A DNA stretch of 64,000 bases from a virus: the IMG/VR virus record IMGVR_UViG_3300042287_000907. The stretch is one strand, 5' to 3'. Below the pieces are notes generated by a model that was not told where the DNA came from, ran no database searches, and saw only the letters and a list, made by a program, of their open reading frames with translations. Made by a program: the position numbers and the translations under genes. Shown piece after piece: positions 15,003 through 23,840 of the stretch (the first letter of the stretch is position 1; every line of letters begins with the position of its first letter).

Positions 15003-15250
15003 ACGTGACCGGCGAGATGAAGGGTAGATGAGAAAAGACACAAGGCGTGAGCTTCATGCTTACTCCGAACTTACAATCCAACTGAACATTGGAACGTGTT
15101 TGTGTGATCCGATCCCTAATAGAATGTCATTTGTTAATCGGAAATATATGGACCTCTGTGTATTGTTAATTGCACATTGTCAAAGGAAGATTACAAACCT
15201 TCCGTTGTCCTTTGTCCGGTCTTTTACTTGACCTTTCGTCAAACCGTTAT
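15003..15250 (+). ncRNA. About 245-nt structured leader or ncRNA
   Basis: Long-range pairings GATGAAGGGT/ACCTTTCGTC, AAAAGAC/GTCTTTT and ACAAGG/CTTTGT; internal hairpins; 7-nt periodic tract. Confidence 0.55.
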
Positions 15251-15273
15251 ATTTTTAAAAAGAGAGAAAATCA

Positions 15274-15849
15274 ATGAACATCACACTGCGCAAGGCCAAT
15301 GCTGTACAACACAGCATCACAGAAGCAATCAAGAACATCAAAATTGATCTCACTGTAGAGATCAATGAGTTCCAAACAGTCGAGGACGTTATCACTAAAG
15401 CTAACTCCACCTTGGTAGAAAATGACGGCCGCCGTCAGAAGCTGACCATGGCTCTGTACAATATCCGTGCTCTAGTAGGCACAGCCAATACCGCCAGTGG
15501 TATCGACACTGCATTGGCCAAAGCAGCCTTTATCGACAAGCGTATTGGTCAGCTAGAGGAATTGGCCAAGGCCACAGAAATCACTGCTCTAGATGTAATC
15601 AAAGGCAAGCTGGACAAAATCCGCAACGACAAGAGCGAATCTACTCGCAGTCGCATCTACGGCTACAGCGACACAGTTACCACAGGTGTGCTAGGACTAG
15701 AACAGATCGCACAGGCCAAAGCAGAAGTGTTGAGTCTTAAAAAGCAGAAACAGAAGATCAACGACGAAGTGTTAGAACTCAACATCAAGACAGAGATTCC
15801 TCTTTCAGAAGATGTAGTTGCTGTATTGCAGGCCGAAGCATTAATTTAA
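15274..15849 (+). CDS. Coiled-coil protein of unknown function
   Basis: Helical heptad-rich sequence; ORF track. Confidence 0.75.
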   Translation: MNITLRKANAVQHSITEAIKNIKIDLTVEINEFQTVEDVITKANSTLVENDGRRQKLTMALYNIRALVGTANTASGIDTALAKAAFIDKRIGQLEELAKATEITALDVIKGKLDKIRNDKSESTRSRIYGYSDTVTTGVLGLEQIAQAKAEVLSLKKQKQKINDEVLELNIKTEIPLSEDVVAVLQAEALI

Positions 15850-15855
15850 AACTAT

Positions 15856-15929
15856 CGCGGGATAGAGAAACGGTAACTCACGAGTCTCATAAGCTCGAGA
15901 TCCTGGTTCGATTCCGGGTCCCGCAACCA
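15856..15929 (+). tRNA. tRNA-fMet(CAT), initiator type
   Basis: C1:A72 mismatch; CGCGGG start; loop CTCATAA. Confidence 0.85.
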
Positions 15930-15943
15930 ACCATAAGGTACGT

Positions 15944-16171
15944 ATGAAAAATAAATCACTGAGTCGTGGTCCCGAAATTGACACAGAAAAATGTGTGGAA
16001 AATATAGGCGGTAATAGATTTGACTTGGTGCTGATTGCATCAGCTCGTGCCAGAGAGCTCAGTCGCAGACACAAGGCAGCTGAACTACAGACGCAGATGA
16101 ACGCACCTGTGGCAGCACTGTTAGATGTGCAGTCAGGTGCGGTGGGTCGAGAATACCTGAAAAAAGTCTAG
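15944..16171 (+). CDS. rpoZ: RNA polymerase omega subunit homolog
   Basis: CVENIGGNRFDLVLIASARAREL...PVAALLDV matches the RpoZ conserved regions. Confidence 0.8.
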   Translation: MKNKSLSRGPEIDTEKCVENIGGNRFDLVLIASARARELSRRHKAAELQTQMNAPVAALLDVQSGAVGREYLKKV

Positions 16172-16200
16172 TCTTAAGATTATAGATTAAATAAATCTAT

Positions 16201-16274
16201 GCGGGGTTCGTATAGTGGTAATACCTGAGCCTTCCAAGCTCATGCGGAGAGTTCGATTCTCTTACCCCGCTCCA
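16201..16274 (+). tRNA. tRNA-Gly(TCC)
   Basis: Cloverleaf; loop CTTCCAA. Confidence 0.95.
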
Positions 16275-16288
16275 AATAAAATAACAAG

Positions 16289-16825
16289 ATGAAAATAATC
16301 GTTACCGGACATACGAGAGGTCTAGGAAAAGGCATTTATGATTATTTTTCTAAAGACAATGAAGTTGTTGGATTTTCAAAAAGTAATGGGTTTGATATCA
16401 CTGACCCTGATTGTAGAACAGAAATAGTAAATGCATCTGAAGATGCAGATATTTTTGTGAATAACGCACATGTTAATGGAGATTCTGCACAACTGCATTT
16501 ACTTAAAGATATGCACGAACTTTGGAAACATCAAAATAAAATTATAATTAATGTAAGTAGTTTTAGATCCACTTTTGTAGATGGCAATTTTGAATTTTCA
16601 GAGTCTTTTCGAGTTAAGAAAGAGTTGGATCTTTTTTGTACAAAAAATCAACACGTATTAAAATATCCTTATCTAATAAATCTTAGACCCGGCCTTATTG
16701 ATACAGACAGAACACGCAATGAACAGGGTAAAAAAATGAATGTCCAAGACGTAATTGTGGTATTAGATTTTATTTTGAAAAACAAAGATATTTTTAAGAT
16801 ACTAGATATAGGCTTTAAAGGCTGA
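16289..16825 (+). CDS. Short-chain dehydrogenase/reductase-like protein
   Basis: TGHTRGLG, FVNNA, IINVSS and PGLIDT motifs; the catalytic YxxxK position appears as FxxxK. Confidence 0.75.
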   Translation: MKIIVTGHTRGLGKGIYDYFSKDNEVVGFSKSNGFDITDPDCRTEIVNASEDADIFVNNAHVNGDSAQLHLLKDMHELWKHQNKIIINVSSFRSTFVDGNFEFSESFRVKKELDLFCTKNQHVLKYPYLINLRPGLIDTDRTRNEQGKKMNVQDVIVVLDFILKNKDIFKILDIGFKG

Positions 16826-16855
16826 AAAAATTATTAAATTCTCAGAAGACACATA

Positions 16856-17431
16856 ATGTACAAAACGATAGACAAAAATGAAATTTTTCAAAAATTTGAT
16901 TTCTCATCGTTGATCACCAAGCAAGATGATCTCGAAGCCTGTGAAATTATCAAGACGATCATAGCTGACGGTAACTATTTTACTAATTCGCCTAAGTATC
17001 AAACCAAAGAAAACATCTTTGCTAGATCAGAAGCTGTATGGTTAAAATACCGTGTGAGTTTCATGATGAGTGCGTTCATGTATCTAGGCCGTGAAGCCAA
17101 AATATCTAACATGATGGCCTGGAGTTTTATGACCAATCTCGAGGGTGCCGAAAACCGTGATAATCTCTGGCATCATCATTGGCATCCTACTACCCCCACC
17201 GCACAAATACTCAGTGGTATTTGGTATCTACACATACCCGAGGATGTTAAAGATCGAGACTATTGCGGTACAGAGATGGCACCGGGGGGTCCTCAATCTG
17301 ATGACAGATATTTTGTGCGTCCCGCAGATGGTAATTGGTTGATCTATCCCGGCAACATGTGGCATCGCCCCGGAATCGTACAGAGCGATCAATACAGATT
17401 TGTCTTAGCCGCAGACATTCAAATAGACTAA
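16856..17431 (+). CDS. Putative 2OG-Fe(II) oxygenase
   Basis: WHHH...LSGIWYL...GTE...LIYP...WHRP...RFVLAAD. Confidence 0.7.
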   Translation: MYKTIDKNEIFQKFDFSSLITKQDDLEACEIIKTIIADGNYFTNSPKYQTKENIFARSEAVWLKYRVSFMMSAFMYLGREAKISNMMAWSFMTNLEGAENRDNLWHHHWHPTTPTAQILSGIWYLHIPEDVKDRDYCGTEMAPGGPQSDDRYFVRPADGNWLIYPGNMWHRPGIVQSDQYRFVLAADIQID

Positions 17432-17432
17432 A

Positions 17433-17507
17433 CTGGCCATAGTATAATGGATAATACAGCGAGCTTCTACCTCGCGAATGTGGGTTCGATTCCTGCTGGC
17501 CGGACCA
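17433..17507 (+). tRNA. tRNA-Arg(TCT)
   Basis: Cloverleaf; stem GCGAG/CTCGC; loop CTTCTAC. Confidence 0.9.
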
Positions 17508-17511
17508 CGCC

Positions 17512-17585
17512 GCTCTCATAGTATAAAAGCATTACACTACATTGGTAATGTAGAAACGGTGGAGCATTACCACCTGAGAGCACCA
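17512..17585 (+). tRNA. tRNA-Thr(GGT), non-canonical T and D loops
   Basis: GCTCTCA/TGAGAGC acceptor; loop TTGGTAA; T-loop AGCATTA. Confidence 0.75.
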
Positions 17586-17586
17586 C

Positions 17587-17615
17587 TTGACAAAAATTGA
17601 TAAATGTAGTATAAT
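17587..17615 (+). promoter_or_regulatory. Sigma70 promoter
   Basis: TTGACA-17nt-TATAAT. Confidence 0.9.
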
Positions 17616-17643
17616 ACTAGTATACAAATTATCAAAGGCATAT

Positions 17644-18066
17644 ATGCAGATCATCATGGAAGGTAGGGCTAGTCCTACCAAATCAATCATAGAAACCTCC
17701 GCGAATTTCTTTGCCAAAGAACTGGGATTGAGCCGTAGCCGGTTCACTCTGTTGATCATGACTGAACGAGGAATGGCCCGTAAAGAAGGCATGCGAGGTG
17801 CGGTGCATAAAGTAGGTCCAAAATTTCTTACCATGATCATAGACTCTGGGCTAGAGTTTGAAAGACTGATAATCACCCTGGCACACGAAATGATACATGT
17901 CAAACAATATGCTCGCGGTCAGATCAAATCCAGCCGCAGTTGCAAAACACACTATTGGATGGGCCGGCACATACGTAAAAGCTATTACGATCAACCTTGG
18001 GAAATCGAAGCCTATACCAAAGAACGTGTGCTAGCCAATAAAATTTTTGCGATAACAGGAGCATGA
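17644..18066 (+). CDS. Zincin-type metallopeptidase-like protein
   Basis: LAHEMIHVKQY (HExxH) and PWEIEAY; start moved downstream of the promoter. Confidence 0.75.
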   Translation: MQIIMEGRASPTKSIIETSANFFAKELGLSRSRFTLLIMTERGMARKEGMRGAVHKVGPKFLTMIIDSGLEFERLIITLAHEMIHVKQYARGQIKSSRSCKTHYWMGRHIRKSYYDQPWEIEAYTKERVLANKIFAITGA

Positions 18067-18067
18067 C

Positions 18068-18607
18068 ATGAATCCATGGATACAAAACGTAGCACTCAGC
18101 GATATCCGTAAAGGACATCACATCGACGCAGGCATAAACTCTATGCTGATCCAGATCTGCGATCCGCCCGGAGATTTTCCTACTCCTAAACATCAGTTCA
18201 AAGAAGTCCATCAGTTCCAATTCTTGGACATCGAAGAAAAAGACTTTGCATTGGAAGAAGTCATGCGTTGCAGTCAATCACAGGCTGATGAGCTGGTTCG
18301 ATTACTGCAACACGCACTAGAGAATCGTATGAATGTAGTTGTTCACTGTCACGCCGGCGTTTGCCGCAGCGGGGCGGTTTGCGAAATCGGTGTTATGCTA
18401 GGCTTCCGCGACACTGAAGCGTTTCGTTCACCGAACCTACTTGTCAAGCATCGCATGATGCGAGCATTGGGTTGGCTCTACGATGAACAGGAACCTCACT
18501 CGATCAATGGAGTACCGGTTCCAGAAGATTGGACCAACGACAACGAGAAAGTCTTTATGCTAGCCGCTGAACGCAGAGCTCGAAGAGAAAGAGAAGGTGA
18601 CATATGA
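18068..18607 (+). CDS. Protein tyrosine/dual-specificity phosphatase family
   Basis: VHCHAGVCRS (HCxxGxxR). Confidence 0.85.
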   Translation: MNPWIQNVALSDIRKGHHIDAGINSMLIQICDPPGDFPTPKHQFKEVHQFQFLDIEEKDFALEEVMRCSQSQADELVRLLQHALENRMNVVVHCHAGVCRSGAVCEIGVMLGFRDTEAFRSPNLLVKHRMMRALGWLYDEQEPHSINGVPVPEDWTNDNEKVFMLAAERRARREREGDI

Positions 18608-18798
18608 ATATATCAAGTATCCAACGATATCAAATACAACAGTACAATCTGGAACAAAGAAATCTGCAAGAAAAGCGAGAAGAAGATTATCGTAAGTTAG
18701 TAGAACGAAAAAACTTTGAGCAGATTGTTGCAGAACGGGTGGCAAGAAATCTACGGTTAGATCTAGACAAAGGTAGAAACATTGATCTAGAATGTTAA
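18604..18798 (+). CDS. Hypothetical protein
   Basis: ORF track; ATGA overlap. Confidence 0.55.
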   Translation: MNISSIQRYQIQQYNLEQRNLQEKREEDYRKLVERKNFEQIVAERVARNLRLDLDKGRNIDLEC

Positions 18799-18839
18799 AC
18801 TGTTGTAAAAATACAACATCTAGACCCTGTTAATTTCGA

Positions 18840-18868
18840 TTGACAGGGTTTCTTTTTGGTGCTATAAT
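18840..18868 (+). promoter_or_regulatory. Sigma70 promoter overlapping a terminator hairpin
   Basis: TTGACA-17nt-TATAAT; ACCCTGTTAA/TTGACAGGGT hairpin plus T-tract. Confidence 0.8.
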
Positions 18869-18874
18869 AGAACA

Positions 18875-19075
18875 ATGATAGAAGTAAAAAGCAAAACAAA
18901 AACACAAGAATTTGAAACATTAGCCCTAGCAATGACGTGGGCTAAGACTGTGAATGAGTTTGTTGTCATCACAGTTAACGGAATGGAAATAGTAGGGCGG
19001 TTTGGCGCAGACAGCGTTGTCAACGGCAAGTGCCCAGATGGTGTAGATTACACCTGGAAAAAACGTAGAATCTAA
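18875..19075 (+). CDS. Hypothetical protein
   Basis: ORF track; ATG only a few nt after the -10 box (possibly leaderless). Confidence 0.6.
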   Translation: MIEVKSKTKTQEFETLALAMTWAKTVNEFVVITVNGMEIVGRFGADSVVNGKCPDGVDYTWKKRRI

Positions 19076-19092
19076 AATGAAAGGAGGGCAAG

Positions 19093-19698
19093 ATGCCTAG
19101 TGTATTTTTAGTATCAGACACGCACTTTGGACACACAGGTGTTTGCCGCTTCACCCGTGATGATGGCACTAAATTGCGCCCTTGGGACTCTGCTGAAGAA
19201 ATGGACGAAGCCATGGTCAAGGCATGGAATGAACGTGTAAAACCCACTGACAAGGTCTACCATTTGGGCGATGTTGTCATCAACCGCAAAGCGTTGAGTA
19301 TTTTGCATCGTTTAAATGGCGACAAGGTGTTGATCCGTGGTAACCACGATATTTTCAAAGACACGGATTATATCCAACACTTCCGCGAATTACGTGCCTA
19401 TCATGTGATGAACGGTATGATCTTAAGTCATATCCCTGTACACGAAGCCAGTTTGGGTCGATTTGGTGTTAACATACACGGACACCTGCACTCAAATCGT
19501 GTGCGTAAAGCTCGCGGGGTTGATGCTAGAACAGGTGCTGTGTTGTACGGTGATGAAATAGATGTTCGTTATCACTGTGTATGTGTGGAACAGACACCGG
19601 ATTTTGCCCCTATATTGTTCGAAGATGTCATAGCACGTATACAAGCAGAAGGCGGCGAAGTAGGTTTCCGCAATGGCAACGGACCTACAGTGGATTAG
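19093..19698 (+). CDS. Calcineurin-like metallophosphoesterase
   Basis: SDTHFGH, HLGD, GNHD and HGHLH motifs. Confidence 0.9.
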   Translation: MPSVFLVSDTHFGHTGVCRFTRDDGTKLRPWDSAEEMDEAMVKAWNERVKPTDKVYHLGDVVINRKALSILHRLNGDKVLIRGNHDIFKDTDYIQHFRELRAYHVMNGMILSHIPVHEASLGRFGVNIHGHLHSNRVRKARGVDARTGAVLYGDEIDVRYHCVCVEQTPDFAPILFEDVIARIQAEGGEVGFRNGNGPTVD

Positions 19699-19746
19699 AA
19701 CATAGTTCTATTTGAGCGTCAGCCCCTAGGCGCTATACAAAAGGGC

Positions 19747-19775
19747 AAAATAGCACCTTCGGGTGCTATTTTTTT
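19747..19775 (+). terminator. Intrinsic terminator
   Basis: AAAATAGCACC-TTCG-GGTGCTATTTT-TTT. Confidence 0.9.
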
Positions 19776-19837
19776 GGCTATATGTTCTGGACTCTGCGAC
19801 ATAAATATATGAGTAGGAATAATCCAGGAGTTTAAAC

Positions 19838-21886
19838 ATGCCCTTACAGATTCGCAGAGGCACAAACGCACAAAGACAAGCCATGACACAGGCCCTAGCT
19901 CAGGGCGAACTGTTGTATGTTACTGATGAACAAAAATTATATGTTGGTAATGGCAGCACACTAGGTGGCATACAAATTACCGGTTATACTGATGAAAATG
20001 CACAGGATGCTGCTGCAGGATTGTTTGCCAACGGCACACACAGTGGTATAACTTTCGCATATAATGACGCAGGCGCTAGTATATCTGCCGAATTAGATCT
20101 AACTACCAACACAGGTACAATAGGCGGAGTATTTAAAGGCGACGTAGTAGCAGAAGATTCTACTCTACTCATAGATGCTACTTTGGGCAGAATTGTTGGA
20201 CCTGTATTTTCTAATGTCACAGGCAATGTCACAGGCAATGTCACAGGCAATGTCACAGGCAATGTCACAGGTAATGCAGACACTGCTACAACAGCTACCA
20301 CAGCCACCACAGTAGCACTTACTGCTACTAATTTTACCGCAACTGGACACTTTATCACATTCGTTGATACCGCTACTGGCAATGAAACCTTAAGAACAGA
20401 TACCGCCCTAACATATAACCCAAGCACTGATACATTAACTGCCGGCATTTTTTCGGGCACTTTATCCGGTAATACTGTCGGATATCATACAGGTGACGTT
20501 AAAGGTTCTGTATTTGCAGATGATTCAACTATGTTGGTAGATGCAACCGGCGGACGATTCTTTGGAGATCTAACAGGTAATGTCAGTGGTAACATTGAGA
20601 CTAACTTAATTTCTTCTGCAACATCTACTACCATTGTTGTAGATACCCCCGTTAATTTTCAGACTGCGGTAACTGTTGAGGGTGATTCGAATTTTTACAG
20701 TGAAGGTACCTTCATAACCAATGAAACAAATCTTCGGACTATAGCATTAGATCAATTCCATGATGACTCTGTATCGGCTTCTTTTCTTAATCTAAGAAGA
20801 GCTCGAGGAAATGATTTATCCCCATTAAACGTGTTAGATGGTGACACAATAGGTGCAGTTATATCTAGTGCCAAGGTTACTGACGGATATGACACAGTTG
20901 CTGGTATTTTTACAAAAATTCAAGGAACACCAACATCATCTATAGCGCCAGCTGGTTTTGAATTCTGGACTAGATCATCTACCACAAACACGTTCGGACC
21001 GCGATTAAGAATAAGAAATGATGGGCAATTATTTCAAAATATCGATGACTTCTCTACAGCTCCTGCTTATAGATTGGTGCAAATTCATAACAACCAGGAA
21101 AGCAGAGATTTTAGATTAACCAAGGCTAGGGAATCTGGAGGATTACCAATCGCTGTTCAACCCGACGACGTGCTTGCTAAATTTAATTTTGCAGGTTACG
21201 ACGGTGCTGACTATTCAAATTCTGCTCAAATAAGATCAGTTGTAGAAACCGGATCTACGGTAACTACTGGCAGAGTGCCGGGAAGACTTGATTTTTATGT
21301 TGCGAATAGTGTCGGTACCTTGATAGAAAAAATGTCGATAGGCGCTGTTTCTACATTAATCAATGGACAATTGATCGTAGCTTCGGCAACTGCGAACTCA
21401 TTACCATTGTATCTTCAAAATAATACCAGTTCGGTTACTGATGGTGCTAGATTAGGAATGCGTAGATCTAGGGGAACATATACTGCACCGACTGCTGTTC
21501 AAAACGGTGATGTGTTGTATAGACTAGGATGGGGCGGCTACGACGGATCGGTCTACAGAGACAGTGCCTTTATAACAGGTACCGTAACCGGAGCTGTGAG
21601 TTCAGGGGTAATACCGACTAAGTTGAGTATCTTAACTGAAAACTCTTCAGGAACTAAAACCCTTGCATTAGAAATCACAGACAGTCAGGTTGTAAAAATT
21701 GATACCATAGCATCCTTGACCGGACAGTCTACTAATTTCAGTAATGCTGTTCGTTTAGTTGTATATGCTGATAATACAGCCAGAGATGCTGCAATAACTT
21801 CACCTACTGCTGGTATGATGGTGTTTAATACCACCGGAACAAAATTCCAAGGATATACAGGCGCAGCCTGGGTTGATCTAAATTAA
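19838..21886 (+). CDS. Tail fibre / virion structural protein
   Basis: MPLQIRRGT...GELLYVTD N-terminus; NVTG repeats; repeated RxRG...VQxGD modules; GMMVFNTT...FQGY C-terminus; TAAATA upstream. Confidence 0.75.
   Translation: MPLQIRRGTNAQRQAMTQALAQGELLYVTDEQKLYVGNGSTLGGIQITGYTDENAQDAAAGLFANGTHSGITFAYNDAGASISAELDLTTNTGTIGGVFKGDVVAEDSTLLIDATLGRIVGPVFSNVTGNVTGNVTGNVTGNVTGNADTATTATTATTVALTATNFTATGHFITFVDTATGNETLRTDTALTYNPSTDTLTAGIFSGTLSGNTVGYHTGDVKGSVFADDSTMLVDATGGRFFGDLTGNVSGNIETNLISSATSTTIVVDTPVNFQTAVTVEGDSNFYSEGTFITNETNLRTIALDQFHDDSVSASFLNLRRARGNDLSPLNVLDGDTIGAVISSAKVTDGYDTVAGIFTKIQGTPTSSIAPAGFEFWTRSSTTNTFGPRLRIRNDGQLFQNIDDFSTAPAYRLVQIHNNQESRDFRLTKARESGGLPIAVQPDDVLAKFNFAGYDGADYSNSAQIRSVVETGSTVTTGRVPGRLDFYVANSVGTLIEKMSIGAVSTLINGQLIVASATANSLPLYLQNNTSSVTDGARLGMRRSRGTYTAPTAVQNGDVLYRLGWGGYDGSVYRDSAFITGTVTGAVSSGVIPTKLSILTENSSGTKTLALEITDSQVVKIDTIASLTGQSTNFSNAVRLVVYADNTARDAAITSPTAGMMVFNTTGTKFQGYTGAAWVDLN
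20213..20272 (+). repeat. 12-bp tandem repeat x5 (NVTG) in tail fibre
   Basis: AATGTCACAGGC x4 plus AATGTCACAGGT. Confidence 0.95.
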
Positions 21887-22852
21887 CTCTGACATAAGAT
21901 TGTCAACTAGATCTTGAAGAGGTAATATTTTGTCGATAAAATCGACGGATGACCCCATACATATGTGACCAACATTGGAGTTTTTAATTCCTTGTTTCAA
22001 AGATAGACTATGATTGATATCATCTTTATCTATTTCAGAAAAAATAATACTGTTCTGACCTGTTTGAAATCTTGATAAATCATGCCGTGTTGATCTAATA
22101 ATTTTTTCTTTGACATCGGTTGATATCTCACATTCTATAGCAGTGATAAAATATGATCCTATTCCTATGATTTCTGCGCCGGCATTGATAAATTCTTTTA
22201 CCTGCGAACCAGAATGTATGCCACCAGTTGGAACAAAAACTTTATCAGGAGATGCAGTCTCTAGTTGTAAAAATTCTTCAATCAGTGTTTTTCTATCGTT
22301 GTGAACTATGGTTTTTCCTGACGCATCACTTGATTTAATTATTGCTCCTGAAAACAAATCTTTAACGCGATCGGTTTTTTTAATCCAATGATCTGGTATT
22401 AAACATTTAAATAGACATTTTATTCCTGCTCTTTCTATATCTAAAAAAATAGATTCTAGTCTTGACATATTTTTTTCAAAAACATCTTTGTTGTCATCGA
22501 TTTCAGACCTGTAAATATGTCCTGTTTCGTCTATAACTTCTAGATGAGAAAATAACTTTTTAGAACAAATATTTAAAAATTCTGGCTTACACATGTCAAA
22601 AAGTTCTACACTTACTATTAAATTATTTGTTCCGGTTAAGTTATTGAATATTGTTAGGTCTTTTTCGAACTGATGAACATCAAACAATTCCTTCCCATAA
22701 TAATAGTTATATGCTGATATAGAAGGAAAAATTCCAACCCGATTACATGCAACAGCGAAATTCATCGTTGAAACTTTATTCATAGCCGCTAGCATTATCG
22801 GATATTTGCTATCAAACAATTTCAACGGCCTAGATAGAAATCGTTGATTCAT
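21878..22852 (-). CDS. Nitronate monooxygenase / FMN TIM-barrel oxidoreductase-like protein
   Basis: KYPIMLAAM and PTGGI...GAEIIGIGSYF motifs. Confidence 0.65.
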   Translation of the reverse strand: MNQRFLSRPLKLFDSKYPIMLAAMNKVSTMNFAVACNRVGIFPSISAYNYYYGKELFDVHQFEKDLTIFNNLTGTNNLIVSVELFDMCKPEFLNICSKKLFSHLEVIDETGHIYRSEIDDNKDVFEKNMSRLESIFLDIERAGIKCLFKCLIPDHWIKKTDRVKDLFSGAIIKSSDASGKTIVHNDRKTLIEEFLQLETASPDKVFVPTGGIHSGSQVKEFINAGAEIIGIGSYFITAIECEISTDVKEKIIRSTRHDLSRFQTGQNSIIFSEIDKDDINHSLSLKQGIKNSNVGHICMGSSVDFIDKILPLQDLVDNLMSELI

Positions 22853-23821
22853 CTATTTTTGAACCACTGTCCTTTCAGCCAACGGCTGATATAGTTTTTT
22901 GGCATCTAGTATAACTTTTTTGATTCCGTTGGGGCTAAGGTATTCTTTTTCTATTGTTTCAAAATTATCTTCGAAACTTTTAGATATTACCGGGTTTTCC
23001 AGAGCCACTCGCATTTCTTTATTAAACCATGCTACGATTTCTGGTTTTGTCTTAGGAGGCAAAACAATCAGCCTGTAGATATAGAAATTCAAATCTTTAA
23101 TTTCTCTATTAAAAACTTGATACTGAGGGGAAGTCGCAAAAGGCGAATTTGCTGTGATGCCTATTATTTTAATTTTTCCAGTTGATTCTGCGGTCTTTAT
23201 CAGCCCTGCAGGTATTACTCCGAAATCTAAATTTCCGGAAGCAACGTCCATCATTACTTCTCTTGCTGCTTTATATCTAATTTCTTTTACTTTAGACTTA
23301 TCGGCTTTACTGTGATGCATGATAGAATAATACGGTATTGCTTGCGTACCAGTGGCTGTGCCAAAATTTAAATTTTTATTATTCAAGTTTAAATATTGAA
23401 TTAACTCTTTGGGATTGTTCACTGGACTATTAATTGGAGAGATAATAACTGCAGGATCAGATGGTAATCCAATTACATATTCAAAACTATCTGCGTTCCA
23501 TTTAACTCTATCTTTGAATACAATTTCGCTCCAAATAAATACATCACCAAAAAAAGGCATCAACATATGATGTCCATCATTTGGCATAGATATGAAATTG
23601 TTTGTTACCTCTACCTGTCCCGGACCTGGTTTATAGTGGTAACTAAAAGAAACGTTGGTTCTTTTGGTAATGTCATCTGTGACTCGCCTTAGTGCGATTT
23701 CTGCTGTGGTTCCTGGACCAGCACCTATGTAGATGTTTACCGGTTGATTCGGCTGCCATGCGTGAGCATTGATAACTCCGTTGCAGATTAAAAACAAAGT
23801 AAATAAAATTTTTTTCATCAA
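22853..23821 (-). CDS. tctC: Tripartite tricarboxylate transporter substrate-binding protein (Bug/TctC)
   Basis: Signal peptide; WQPNQPVNI, KPGPG, NDGH, YKAAREVMMDVASG and PPKTKPEIV motifs. Confidence 0.75.
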   Translation of the reverse strand: MMKKILFTLFLICNGVINAHAWQPNQPVNIYIGAGPGTTAEIALRRVTDDITKRTNVSFSYHYKPGPGQVEVTNNFISMPNDGHHMLMPFFGDVFIWSEIVFKDRVKWNADSFEYVIGLPSDPAVIISPINSPVNNPKELIQYLNLNNKNLNFGTATGTQAIPYYSIMHHSKADKSKVKEIRYKAAREVMMDVASGNLDFGVIPAGLIKTAESTGKIKIIGITANSPFATSPQYQVFNREIKDLNFYIYRLIVLPPKTKPEIVAWFNKEMRVALENPVISKSFEDNFETIEKEYLSPNGIKKVILDAKKLYQPLAERTVVQK

Positions 23822-23840
23822 ATATACCTTTTAAAATTTT

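Noticed and set aside
15028-15231. 67-aa ORF in the leader region
   Set aside because: Weak SD and atypical composition; the region is better explained by long-range RNA pairing, though translation is not excluded.
20213-20272. CRISPR-like repeat
   Set aside because: Contiguous 12-mers without spacers, in frame within a CDS; no CRISPR array was seen anywhere in the window.
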